Shown one piece after another: positions 50,259 through 58,749 of a stretch of 64,000 bases of DNA; the first letter of the stretch is position 1, and each line of letters begins with the position of its first letter. The notes under the pieces were generated by a model, which was given only the letters and a program-made list of their open reading frames with translations, had not been told where the DNA came from and searched no databases. The stretch lies in the sequence record SRR31156797_179; one strand, 5' to 3'. The position numbers and the translations under genes were made by a program.

Positions 50259-50954
50259 ATGAAACAAAATATAGTTGTAACAGGAGCAGGAGGAGGTATT
50301 GGCTATGCAATGGTTTCACAATTATTGCAAAATGGTTATAACGTGATAGCTGTTACCCGTTCCAAGGCTAAATTTAAGCAACTAAATTCATCTTTTAAGA
50401 ATCAATTATCGGTTTGGGAAATTGATTTTTTGAGTGAAGATTATGTTGAAAAGTTAACTCAATATCTTAAAAAAACTGATAGAATTGATATTTTGATAAA
50501 TAATGCCGGATTACTAATTAACAAGTCATTTGAGTCAACTTCAAAGGAAGAAATTCATCAGCTTGTAACCGTTAATTATACAGGAGCGCTTGAACTAACA
50601 AGACAATGTCTACCTTTTATAAAAAGATCAAATAGCGGCCATGTTGTAAATATTAGTACGATGGGTGCTGTTCAGGGCAGTGCAAAATTTCCGGGCTTGT
50701 CTATTTATGCTTCAACCAAAGCAGCCATTTGCACTTTTACTGAAGTGATGGCAGAAGAATACAAAAAAGAAGGAATTCACTTTAATTGTTTAGCAATAGG
50801 GTCTGTTGAAACTGCAATGTTCAATGATGCATTTCCTGGCCATAAGGCAAGCCAGTCGGTAGAATCAATGGCAGCTTACATAACAGATTTTGCATTATAT
50901 AAAAGGTCATTATTTAACGGTAAAATTATAACTGTAGCTTCTGATACACCTTAA
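50259..50954 (+). CDS. Short-chain dehydrogenase/reductase
   Basis: TGAGGGIG, NNAG and YASTK. Confidence 0.93.
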   Translation: MKQNIVVTGAGGGIGYAMVSQLLQNGYNVIAVTRSKAKFKQLNSSFKNQLSVWEIDFLSEDYVEKLTQYLKKTDRIDILINNAGLLINKSFESTSKEEIHQLVTVNYTGALELTRQCLPFIKRSNSGHVVNISTMGAVQGSAKFPGLSIYASTKAAICTFTEVMAEEYKKEGIHFNCLAIGSVETAMFNDAFPGHKASQSVESMAAYITDFALYKRSLFNGKIITVASDTP

Positions 50955-50963
50955 TCATTAGAT

Positions 50964-51866
50964 ATGTTAAGTATTTGTATACCAGTATATAATTGTGTGA
51001 TTGAGACTTTAGTTGATAGACTTTATCAGCAAAAAATGAAGCTTGATGAGCAAATAGAAATTATTCTTATAGATGATTGCTCAAATACAGATATCCAAGA
51101 ATTAAATCAGAAGAAATCAGCAGAGAAAGCCCTGTACATTCAGTTGGATGAAAATATCGGACGAGCGCGTATACGAAATCTTTTTCTGAAATATGCCAAT
51201 CAACCTTATCTTGTTTTTTTGGATTGTGATGTTGTGATATCTTCTGATGAATTTTTAAGCAAATATTATGAAATAGCAAAAGAGGAGTCATATTTACTTG
51301 TTTCAGGTGGTCATTTTTATTCGGAATTTAAACCCCAAAAGGAATTTGTTTTGAGATGGAAGTTTGGTCAGAAAAGGGAAACACCTAAAGCAGATGTGAG
51401 AATGATAAATCCTTACAAGTCTTTTAAAACCAGTAATTTCATGGTTAGCCAAAAGCTTTTTGAAAAGCTTCATTTTGATGAAAAGATAAAAGGCTACGGA
51501 CATGAAGATACTTTATTTGGTATTGAAGCTAAAGCAAATAAAGTAGATATTTTGCATATAGATAATCCGGTCTTCATAGCTGATCTGGATACCAATGAAA
51601 CATTTATTCGAAAAACAGAAAGTAGTATTGATAACTTACTGTGGTTACTAGTGAGCAATAAGAATAAGGAAGAACTTTTTAATTATATTACACTTTTGAA
51701 AGCTTACAGAGCTTTAAAAAAGAAGCATTTACTGTGGGTGGTTCGTTTGTTTTATAAACTTTTTGGAAAAACTACAAAATCCCACCTTTTGTCAGGAAAA
51801 TTATCAAATCTCAGAATTTTTGACTTATATAAACTAGGCTATCTTATTGAGAATGTTAAGAAATAG
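50964..51866 (+). CDS. Glycosyltransferase family 2
   Basis: LSICIPVYN, IDDCS, FLDCD and GYGHED. Confidence 0.92.
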   Translation: MLSICIPVYNCVIETLVDRLYQQKMKLDEQIEIILIDDCSNTDIQELNQKKSAEKALYIQLDENIGRARIRNLFLKYANQPYLVFLDCDVVISSDEFLSKYYEIAKEESYLLVSGGHFYSEFKPQKEFVLRWKFGQKRETPKADVRMINPYKSFKTSNFMVSQKLFEKLHFDEKIKGYGHEDTLFGIEAKANKVDILHIDNPVFIADLDTNETFIRKTESSIDNLLWLLVSNKNKEELFNYITLLKAYRALKKKHLLWVVRLFYKLFGKTTKSHLLSGKLSNLRIFDLYKLGYLIENVKK

Positions 51867-51978
51867 TGAATATTCAGCCAGTTTGACTGTTATTTTGCTT
51901 TTGGTTAACATTTAGTGCTTCGTTATTGACAATACTTTTATTAAATTTACTTTCTACAATTATTAAAACATTAAAACT

Positions 51979-52374
51979 ATGACAGATTTCGAAAAAGTAA
52001 AAGAATACCTATTGGAGCTAGAGTACTCTATTGTAGGTGAAAACCCAGAAGAAGAGTTATTCATCGTTGAGAAAGATGAGGCTGGAATTAATAATCTTAT
52101 TTTAGATTGCGAAGGTGAGCTTCTAATCATTGAGCAGTTAATAATGGATTTACCAGTTGATAACGGTGATGTCTTTAAAGAATTACTTAAGAAAAATCGT
52201 GAAATCGTACATGGAGCATTTGCGCTCAGTGACGATGGCAAGAAATTAATTTTCAGGGATACTTTACAACTTGAGAATTTAGATCTAAATGAATTACACG
52301 GTACGCTTAATTCTCTTGAATTATTGCTTTCTGAGTATGGAAATAAATTAATTGAAATATCAAAACTTAACTAG
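51979..52374 (+). CDS. YbjN / CesT-like chaperone-fold protein
   Basis: Acidic 131-aa protein with LL..NR...HGAFAL...LIFRDTLQLENLD; lies directly upstream of pspA. Confidence 0.7.
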   Translation: MTDFEKVKEYLLELEYSIVGENPEEELFIVEKDEAGINNLILDCEGELLIIEQLIMDLPVDNGDVFKELLKKNREIVHGAFALSDDGKKLIFRDTLQLENLDLNELHGTLNSLELLLSEYGNKLIEISKLN

Positions 52375-52383
52375 TATAAAACC

Positions 52384-53085
52384 ATGGGAATATTTGGAAG
52401 ATTATTTAAAGTAGGTGAAGCAGAGGCTCACGCTTTAGTTGATAAATTAGAAGACCCAATTAAAATGACTGAACAGGGTATCCGCGATATGAAAAAGGAT
52501 TTAGATAAAAGCTTGCAAGCTTTAGCTGAAGTAAAAGCTTTAGCAATTCGTTCACGTCGTGATGCTGCTGAAAACAAAGAAAAGGCGACAAATTATGAGC
52601 AAAAAGCTATGTTGCTTCTTAAAAAAGCTGAAAATGGAGATATTACTCCTGAAGAAGCTGATCGATTAGCAACAGAAGCTCTTACTCGTAAAGAGGAATG
52701 TGTTGCAAATGCTGCTAGAGCTCAGAAAGAAGTTGAAAGCTTTGATTCTAATATCGATAAACTTCAAGGTAATATCAATAAATTAAAGTCTAAAATTAGC
52801 CATTATGAAAATGAGCTAAAAACATTGAAAGCTCGTGATCGCGTAAGTAAAGCAACTACAAAAATCAATAAATCTATGGCAGGAGTTGATAGTAGCGGTA
52901 CTATTGCTCGCCTGGAAAGAATGAAAGAAAAAGTTGATCAGCAAGAAGCAATGGCTGAGGCTTATGGCGACATTGCAGACGAAGGTAAATCAGTTGATGA
53001 AGAAATCGATGATGTATTGAACGATGGTCCAAGCGTGGCTGCTTCAAGTGCACTGGAAGAGCTTAAAAAGAAAATGAATAAATAA
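52384..53085 (+). CDS. PspA/IM30 family protein
   Basis: MGIFGRLF amphipathic start, LEDP.KM.EQ.IRDM, long coiled coil, ERMKEKV...EA.AEA. Confidence 0.93.
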   Translation: MGIFGRLFKVGEAEAHALVDKLEDPIKMTEQGIRDMKKDLDKSLQALAEVKALAIRSRRDAAENKEKATNYEQKAMLLLKKAENGDITPEEADRLATEALTRKEECVANAARAQKEVESFDSNIDKLQGNINKLKSKISHYENELKTLKARDRVSKATTKINKSMAGVDSSGTIARLERMKEKVDQQEAMAEAYGDIADEGKSVDEEIDDVLNDGPSVAASSALEELKKKMNK

Positions 53086-53091
53086 TTAATT

Positions 53092-53117
53092 GTGGCGCAG
53101 AATATCTGCGCCACTTT
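53092..53117 (+). terminator. GC-rich hairpin after the pspA-like gene (weak terminator or mRNA stabiliser)
   Basis: GTGGCGCAGA-ATA-TCTGCGCCAC followed by TTT. Confidence 0.65.
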
Positions 53118-53129
53118 ATATTTTCGATT

Positions 53130-53672
53130 ATGGGATTATTTGACAGATTTAAAAAGGACAAACCTGAATATGATGCTACTGATATTAAAGTAACGGATCT
53201 GAATAAAGGATTTATTTTTGAATACGATCTCAAAACCTGGATTGTAGAGGAAGTTTATAAATACGACTGGGGTGATGAGTTTTTCTCATTTGAATACAAA
53301 GTATCGTGTGAAGATGATACAAAGTTTTTAAGTGTTGAAGATGATGATGAATTATTTCTTGTGATGAGCGAGAAAATTACAATTCGCAAAATACAGGAGG
53401 ATTTACCAGAATTATTAAAAGCAGAAAATCCACCGAAAAAAATAACCTTTGAAGGTAAAGAGTTTTACCTCGAAGAAGAATCACCCGGTTATTTCTCAAA
53501 TCAAACAAAGGACCCTAAAACATGGGTGGAATTTATCTCATGGGATTATGTGGATGATAAGGAAAAAGAGGTAATTTGTTTGGAGCAATGGGATGAAAAT
53601 GAATTTGAAGCATCTGTCGGTAAAGTAATAAAACACATTGAAATCAGTAATATAATTCCAGCAGAATCGTAA
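53130..53672 (+). CDS. DUF4178-like protein
   Basis: MGLFDRF start, Y.WGD....EY, FLSVEDD and EQW.E.EFE; context next to PspA. Confidence 0.7.
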   Translation: MGLFDRFKKDKPEYDATDIKVTDLNKGFIFEYDLKTWIVEEVYKYDWGDEFFSFEYKVSCEDDTKFLSVEDDDELFLVMSEKITIRKIQEDLPELLKAENPPKKITFEGKEFYLEEESPGYFSNQTKDPKTWVEFISWDYVDDKEKEVICLEQWDENEFEASVGKVIKHIEISNIIPAES

Positions 53673-53697
53673 AACTAAATACTAAACTATATAGCAT

Positions 53698-54447
53698 ATG
53701 AAGTTAATCAAGTTTTTCTCTATTGTTGGACTTTCACTCATATTTATAAGTTGTGGAGGACCATCAGTAAAGTTTGAAAAAACACCTTTAGACAAGGTGA
53801 TTCAACAATTAAGTGCAGAACAGAACTTCAGTATAATCCTGTATGATATGGATTATGATGATGGAACCAACAAATACAAACATCAATATCAAACGATGGT
53901 TCCTAAAGATGATACAGTTTTAATTAATACCACGCCATGGTATGAAGTATCTGATGTATTCTTCGAAAAACATGTTGACAACATGGGTATGGAGGTTGCG
54001 TCTAAAGTGAACGGAAAGCTTAATAAGAAAGCTTCACCTCCTGGTTATAATCATTATGTTGGAAATCAAAGATATGGTCGCTGGACACAACGTAATGGAT
54101 ATTCATTCTGGGAGTTTTATGGTCAATATGCATTTATGAGTTCTATGTTTGGACTAGGAAATAATCCAATACGCAGATCTTATTATGATGACTACAGAAC
54201 CAACTATTATGGTTCAAGAGCCTATTATGGACCTAGAGCAAATGGACGTAATTATTATGGAACTTCAAGCCGCTTTAATTCAAATAGATCTTCAACTCGT
54301 TGGAGTTCAAAACCAAGCGATTTCAAATCTAAGGTGAGAAGTAAAGTAAAACAAAGTGCTTCTGTTTCAAAAAAGCGTATTAGTAGAAGTAGCTCTAGAT
54401 ATAGTAGTTCAAGTTCGCGTTCACGAGGTGGTGGATTTGGTAAATAA
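53698..54447 (+). CDS. Lipoprotein with Tyr/Arg/Ser/Gly-rich tail ending SRGGGFGK
   Basis: Lipobox FISC; low-complexity C-terminus. Confidence 0.75.
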   Translation: MKLIKFFSIVGLSLIFISCGGPSVKFEKTPLDKVIQQLSAEQNFSIILYDMDYDDGTNKYKHQYQTMVPKDDTVLINTTPWYEVSDVFFEKHVDNMGMEVASKVNGKLNKKASPPGYNHYVGNQRYGRWTQRNGYSFWEFYGQYAFMSSMFGLGNNPIRRSYYDDYRTNYYGSRAYYGPRANGRNYYGTSSRFNSNRSSTRWSSKPSDFKSKVRSKVKQSASVSKKRISRSSSRYSSSSSRSRGGGFGK

Positions 54448-54462
54448 TTTAAAACTGTAGTT

Positions 54463-55341
54463 ATGGAAGAATTATTACAACACGAATATATAGGATACAT
54501 AATTAATACATTAGCGTATTTAATTACTGCGTTTGTATTGTTTTTCATTGGAAAAATAGTATACCAACTTTTCCATCCTGGTATTAAGGTAAAGTATGAG
54601 TTAGTTGAGAATGATAACTTAGCATTTGCTGTAGCTCATGCAGGATATTTCATTGGTATTTTATTGGCTATTGGTGCTGCTATAGTAGGTGACTCCAATG
54701 GTTTAATTCAAGACTTAATTGATATTTCTACATATGGGCTTTTAGGGATCTTATTGCTAAACATTAGTACAATAGTTACAGATAAAATACTGTTAAGAAA
54801 ATTCAGTACCCAAAAGGAGATTATCGAAGATAAGAATGCCGGAACAGGCGTTATTGAAGCTGCCAATGCTATTGCCAGTGGTTTAATTATTATGGGAGCT
54901 GTTACAGGTGAGGGCCAAACAGGCATGAATGGTTACCTTTCAGCGCTTATGTTCTGGGGAATTGGTCAAGTAGCAGTTATTCTGTTAACGCTTGTTTATA
55001 ACCTAATAACTCCTTACAACGTACATGAAGAAATTGAGAAAGACAATGTAGCCGTTGGGGTAGGATTTGCAGGAGTTATCATTGCCATATCAAATCTTGT
55101 ATTCTTTGCCATTAAGGGAGATTTTGAAGGATGGACAGATACATTCATCAACATTGGATTTGAAGTAGGCATTGGAATAGTGATGCTACCAGTTTTCAGA
55201 TTCATTGCTGATAAAGTATTATTGCCAGGTCAGAGACTTACAGATGAGTTAGTGAACCAGGAAAAACCAAATGTTGGTGCCGGTATTATTGAGGCATTCG
55301 CATATATTGGTGGTTCAGTGCTAATTACATGGTGTATTTAA
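54463..55341 (+). CDS. DUF350 (YjfL-like) membrane protein with internal duplication
   Basis: Four repeats of E...DN.A.(G/A) followed by TM pairs; about 8 TM helices. Confidence 0.82.
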   Translation: MEELLQHEYIGYIINTLAYLITAFVLFFIGKIVYQLFHPGIKVKYELVENDNLAFAVAHAGYFIGILLAIGAAIVGDSNGLIQDLIDISTYGLLGILLLNISTIVTDKILLRKFSTQKEIIEDKNAGTGVIEAANAIASGLIIMGAVTGEGQTGMNGYLSALMFWGIGQVAVILLTLVYNLITPYNVHEEIEKDNVAVGVGFAGVIIAISNLVFFAIKGDFEGWTDTFINIGFEVGIGIVMLPVFRFIADKVLLPGQRLTDELVNQEKPNVGAGIIEAFAYIGGSVLITWCI

Positions 55342-55359
55342 ATTATAACTAAATATTTG

Positions 55360-55450
55360 AACTTCAGTAGTTTCGCTTAATTCATTTTTGGTTTTTTTTA
55401 AAGCCATATTTGATGCGAAACTATTGGAGTTTTATTGTATCTTTTTTTTT
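55360..55450 (+). promoter_or_regulatory. Long RNA hairpin plus U-tract in the leader of the aminopropyltransferase gene
   Basis: 55360-55376 pairs with 55415-55431 over 17 bp including two G-U pairs; T9 at 55442-55450. Confidence 0.5.
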
Positions 55451-55465
55451 GAAAATTATTCTTTT

Positions 55466-57007
55466 ATGCCTTTTCGTTCCAGGATTCTGAAAATGGCCAT
55501 TTTTGCGACCGGATTATCGGGAATTGTGGCCGAATATATTCTCTCTACATTAGCTACTTATTTTTTAGGTGATTCTGTCTTACAATGGACATTAATCGTA
55601 AGTATTATGATGTTCTCCATGGGATTGGGAAGTCGCATTAGTAAGAATTTTCAAGGAAATTTACTGCAGATATTTATTTTTATTGAATTCGGATTATCCA
55701 TTTTAGTAGCTTACTCTTCAATTGTAGCATACACGGCTGCAGCATTTACCATATACACAAGCGCAATAATCTATACCATGAGTATCATAATTGGTTTATT
55801 CATAGGTATGGAGATTCCATTGGTTATAAGGCTTAATAATTCGTTTGAAATATTACGCGTGAATATCTCTTCTGTATTAGAGCAAGATTATTATGGAAGT
55901 TTAGCAGGAGGATTGTTCTTTGCCTTTATTGGTCTACCTTATTTAGGCATTACATTTACTCCATTTGTACTTGGTATGGTAAACTTTGTGGTTGCATTTT
56001 CACTATTCCTCATATTACGACCAAAAATTAAAAAGAAGGTCAGAATTGGTATCCAATTAGCAGGTTTATTTGTTGGTGCAGCTATCATTTCTGGATTCTT
56101 TATTGCAGAACCAATTATCTTTTTTGGAGAGCAAAAAAAATATCAGGATAAAGTAATATACGAAAAACAAAGTCGCTATCAGAAAGTGGTAATGACGCAA
56201 TGGAAAGATCATTATTGGTTATTTATTAATGGTAATCAGCAATTGAGTTCATTGGATGAGGTAATGTATCATGAGCCTCTGGTTCATCCTGTTATGAATG
56301 TAGTTCGATATCCTCAGCAAGTATTGATTTTGGGTGGTGGTGATGGATGTGCAGCTCGTGAGGTGTTAAAATATAAACAAACAGAGCAAATTACCTTAGT
56401 TGATTTGGATCCTGTGATGACAGACTTGGGAAAAAAACATCCTGTTTTGGTTGAAATGAATAAGAACTCCATGAACAACCCTATAGTAAGTATTATAAAT
56501 GATGATGCTTACAAGTTTTTAAGTGAAACAAATCGGTTTTATGATGTAATTATAGTTGATTTGCCTGATCCTAAATCAGTTGAGCTAGGTCGATTATACA
56601 GTAAAGAGTTTTATCAATTGTGCTATAGACATTTAAGGCCAGGTGGCGCCATTGTGACTCAGGCAGGTAGCCCTTATTATGCTACAAAAGCCTTTCAATG
56701 TATAGAAAAGACTGTTGCTGCTGCCGGTTTTACAGCCATTCCTATGCATAACCAAATATTGACGATGGGACAGTGGGGTTGGATATTAGGAACGAAAGAA
56801 GGTGAAAAAGAAAAAGTTATATCACATCTCAAGAAATTGACCTTTGACAATGTTAAAGCGGAATGGATAAACAATGAAGCCATGCAACACATCACTTCAT
56901 TTGGTAAAAACTATTTTGGGATTAATCCAGATGATATTGAAATAAATAAAATACATAACCCGGTGCTGTATAAATATTATTTAAATGGTAACTGGGAAAT
57001 ATATTAA
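55466..57007 (+). CDS. speE: Polyamine aminopropyltransferase (spermidine synthase family) with N-terminal multi-TM domain
   Basis: About 7 TM helices, then Q.SS.DE..YHE.LVHP, VLILGGGDG, VDLDP, DVIIVDLPDP and LYS.EFY. Start at ATG 55466. Confidence 0.88.
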   Translation: MPFRSRILKMAIFATGLSGIVAEYILSTLATYFLGDSVLQWTLIVSIMMFSMGLGSRISKNFQGNLLQIFIFIEFGLSILVAYSSIVAYTAAAFTIYTSAIIYTMSIIIGLFIGMEIPLVIRLNNSFEILRVNISSVLEQDYYGSLAGGLFFAFIGLPYLGITFTPFVLGMVNFVVAFSLFLILRPKIKKKVRIGIQLAGLFVGAAIISGFFIAEPIIFFGEQKKYQDKVIYEKQSRYQKVVMTQWKDHYWLFINGNQQLSSLDEVMYHEPLVHPVMNVVRYPQQVLILGGGDGCAAREVLKYKQTEQITLVDLDPVMTDLGKKHPVLVEMNKNSMNNPIVSIINDDAYKFLSETNRFYDVIIVDLPDPKSVELGRLYSKEFYQLCYRHLRPGGAIVTQAGSPYYATKAFQCIEKTVAAAGFTAIPMHNQILTMGQWGWILGTKEGEKEKVISHLKKLTFDNVKAEWINNEAMQHITSFGKNYFGINPDDIEINKIHNPVLYKYYLNGNWEIY

Positions 57008-57018
57008 ACCATAGAAAA

Positions 57019-57618
57019 ATGAAAAAAGAACTATTAGTAAAAGCATTTAAAACTGCATTAGTTTTGGTCGCAATTAATTGGGCAGTCTATATAATTGATC
57101 TTTTATTTTTTGATTTCGTTAGTTTAGGTATTCATCCACGCAATGCTGATGGTATATTGGGTGTATTTTTTGCACCTTTTTTACATGCTAACTTTTTTCA
57201 TGTTTTGAGTAATACTTTACCGTTGTTCTTATTGTCTCTGTTATTATTTGTTTTTTACCCAAAAATTTCTTGGGGAGTATTGATTCTTAGTATTTTAATT
57301 GGAGGGTTAGGTGTCTGGTTAATTGGCCGCGCAGGAACAGAACAAAACCCAATTTATCATGTGGGAGCAAGTGGTTTAATTTATGCCATAGCTGCATTTC
57401 TTATAACAGCTGGTTTTCTTTCTAAATCATTTAAAGCATTGCTGCTTGCTTTATTTGTTATTATTGTTTATGGAAGTTTAGTTTGGGGTATGTTTCCATC
57501 GGTTTACAGGTCATATATTTCATGGGAAGGACATTTAATGGGTGCAGCAGCTGGAGTGCTGATTGCATTTGTTTATTTCAAGAAAATAAAACCCGCTCAG
57601 AAAGCTGATAATTCATAA
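57019..57618 (+). CDS. Rhomboid family intramembrane serine protease
   Basis: PFLH...H..SN, VGASG and SWEGHL.GA. Confidence 0.92.
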   Translation: MKKELLVKAFKTALVLVAINWAVYIIDLLFFDFVSLGIHPRNADGILGVFFAPFLHANFFHVLSNTLPLFLLSLLLFVFYPKISWGVLILSILIGGLGVWLIGRAGTEQNPIYHVGASGLIYAIAAFLITAGFLSKSFKALLLALFVIIVYGSLVWGMFPSVYRSYISWEGHLMGAAAGVLIAFVYFKKIKPAQKADNS

Positions 57619-57710
57619 ATAGTGTAATTGTTAAGATAACTTTAACACTTTACCAATATTCTGTATATTAAAGCATTAGGCCTTTTTTGTTGTGTGTTTA
57701 AAAATTTGGA

Positions 57711-57738
57711 TGTAACGAATTGATTTTTTCGGCGTCAT
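57711..57738 (+). promoter_or_regulatory. ECF sigma-type promoter candidate
   Basis: TGTAAC-N16-CGTCAT, matching the generic ECF -35 AAC / -10 CGT consensus. Confidence 0.55.
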
Positions 57739-57798
57739 ACTATTGAAACCTTAACCCGAAGACCCAAATTTTGTTAACCTGTAATAACCCTTAAGGCC

Positions 57799-58140
57799 AT
57801 GAAAAACCTATCTAAAATTATTCTGATTTGCTCAGTTATATTATTAGCTGCAGCTCAGTTAAATGCGAAAAGTCCACCGGCAAATGAAGCTGCTGAACTA
57901 TCGTATATTAAAGAACTAGTTGATGACCATGTAAGTTTCCCAAAGAATTTCTGTCCCAATGAAAAAGGAATTGTTAAAGCACAAATAACAATTGATAAAA
58001 ACCAACGAATTCGTATTGAAGCTATAAATGGTTGTCCCGGATTTAAAGAGTATGTGGAAGAACAATTAGAAAATGTTCAAGTTGAATTTCCGCAGTTTAT
58101 AGGGAAATCATACATATGTAAAATTGATTTCAGATTATAG
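57799..58140 (+). CDS. Small secreted protein, weakly TonB C-terminal-like
   Basis: Signal peptide (LNA/K); FP...EKGIVKAQITID...I; three Cys in the mature part. Confidence 0.6.
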   Translation: MKNLSKIILICSVILLAAAQLNAKSPPANEAAELSYIKELVDDHVSFPKNFCPNEKGIVKAQITIDKNQRIRIEAINGCPGFKEYVEEQLENVQVEFPQFIGKSYICKIDFRL

Positions 58141-58184
58141 AATAGCCTTTCTTTACATAGACTATTGGATTCTCATACACTTTG

Positions 58185-58218
58185 AAGAGCCGATCATTCG
58201 TGGTCGGTTCTTTTTTTT
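58185..58218 (+). terminator. Intrinsic terminator
   Basis: AAGAGCCGATCA-TTCG-TGGTCGGTTCTT followed by a T-tract. Confidence 0.85.
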
Positions 58219-58320
58219 GCTATTTAAAACTAACATTAACTATGTTACAACATATTGTTAAAGCTGCCATTAGAAAGGAATTTTGTTTCGAAATAACTAT
58301 TAACATATATAATTATTTTG

Positions 58321-58328
58321 TACATTTG
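58321..58328 (+). promoter_or_regulatory. -7 element (TACATTTG) of the che operon
   Basis: TAnnTTTG match 43 nt upstream of the cheY ATG. Confidence 0.5.
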
Positions 58329-58371
58329 GGTTAATCATTTTGAAATAGACAACTAAACTTTTAACCACATC

Positions 58372-58749
58372 ATGATTAAAAAGAGAGTTCTAATTGTAGA
58401 CGACTTTGAAAACACCCGATGGATTGTTCAACAAATTTTGCAAAAAGAAGAGGAGTTGGAAATAATTGCTGCTGCGAATGGCAAAGAAGCATTACAATTT
58501 TTTAATGGTGAGAATATTGATTTGTTGATTACAGATCTTAATATGCCTGAAATGGATGGTATCGAGTTGGTAAAAAGAGTCAGAGGAACGGAAAAGTACA
58601 AGTTTATTCCCATTATTATGCTAACAACAGAGCGTAATCCGGAGAAAAAACAGAAAGCAATGGATATTAAAGTAACTACCTGGATACAAAAGCCTTTTGA
58701 ACAAGGGCAGTTTAGAAAAATTGTAAGAAAAGCACTTCGATTGAAATAA
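58372..58749 (+). CDS. cheY: CheY-like single-domain response regulator
   Basis: VDD, ITDLNMPEMDG, MLTT and QKPF; stop overlaps the cheA start. Confidence 0.88.
   Translation: MIKKRVLIVDDFENTRWIVQQILQKEEELEIIAAANGKEALQFFNGENIDLLITDLNMPEMDGIELVKRVRGTEKYKFIPIIMLTTERNPEKKQKAMDIKVTTWIQKPFEQGQFRKIVRKALRLK

Noticed and set aside
51979-52374. Type III secretion system
   Set aside because: A CesT/YbjN-like fold alone, in PspA context, with no injectisome genes.
55388-55465. TTG-initiated N-terminal extension of the aminopropyltransferase
   Set aside because: It runs through a hairpin and poly-T tract; ATG 55466 gives the family-like N-terminus.
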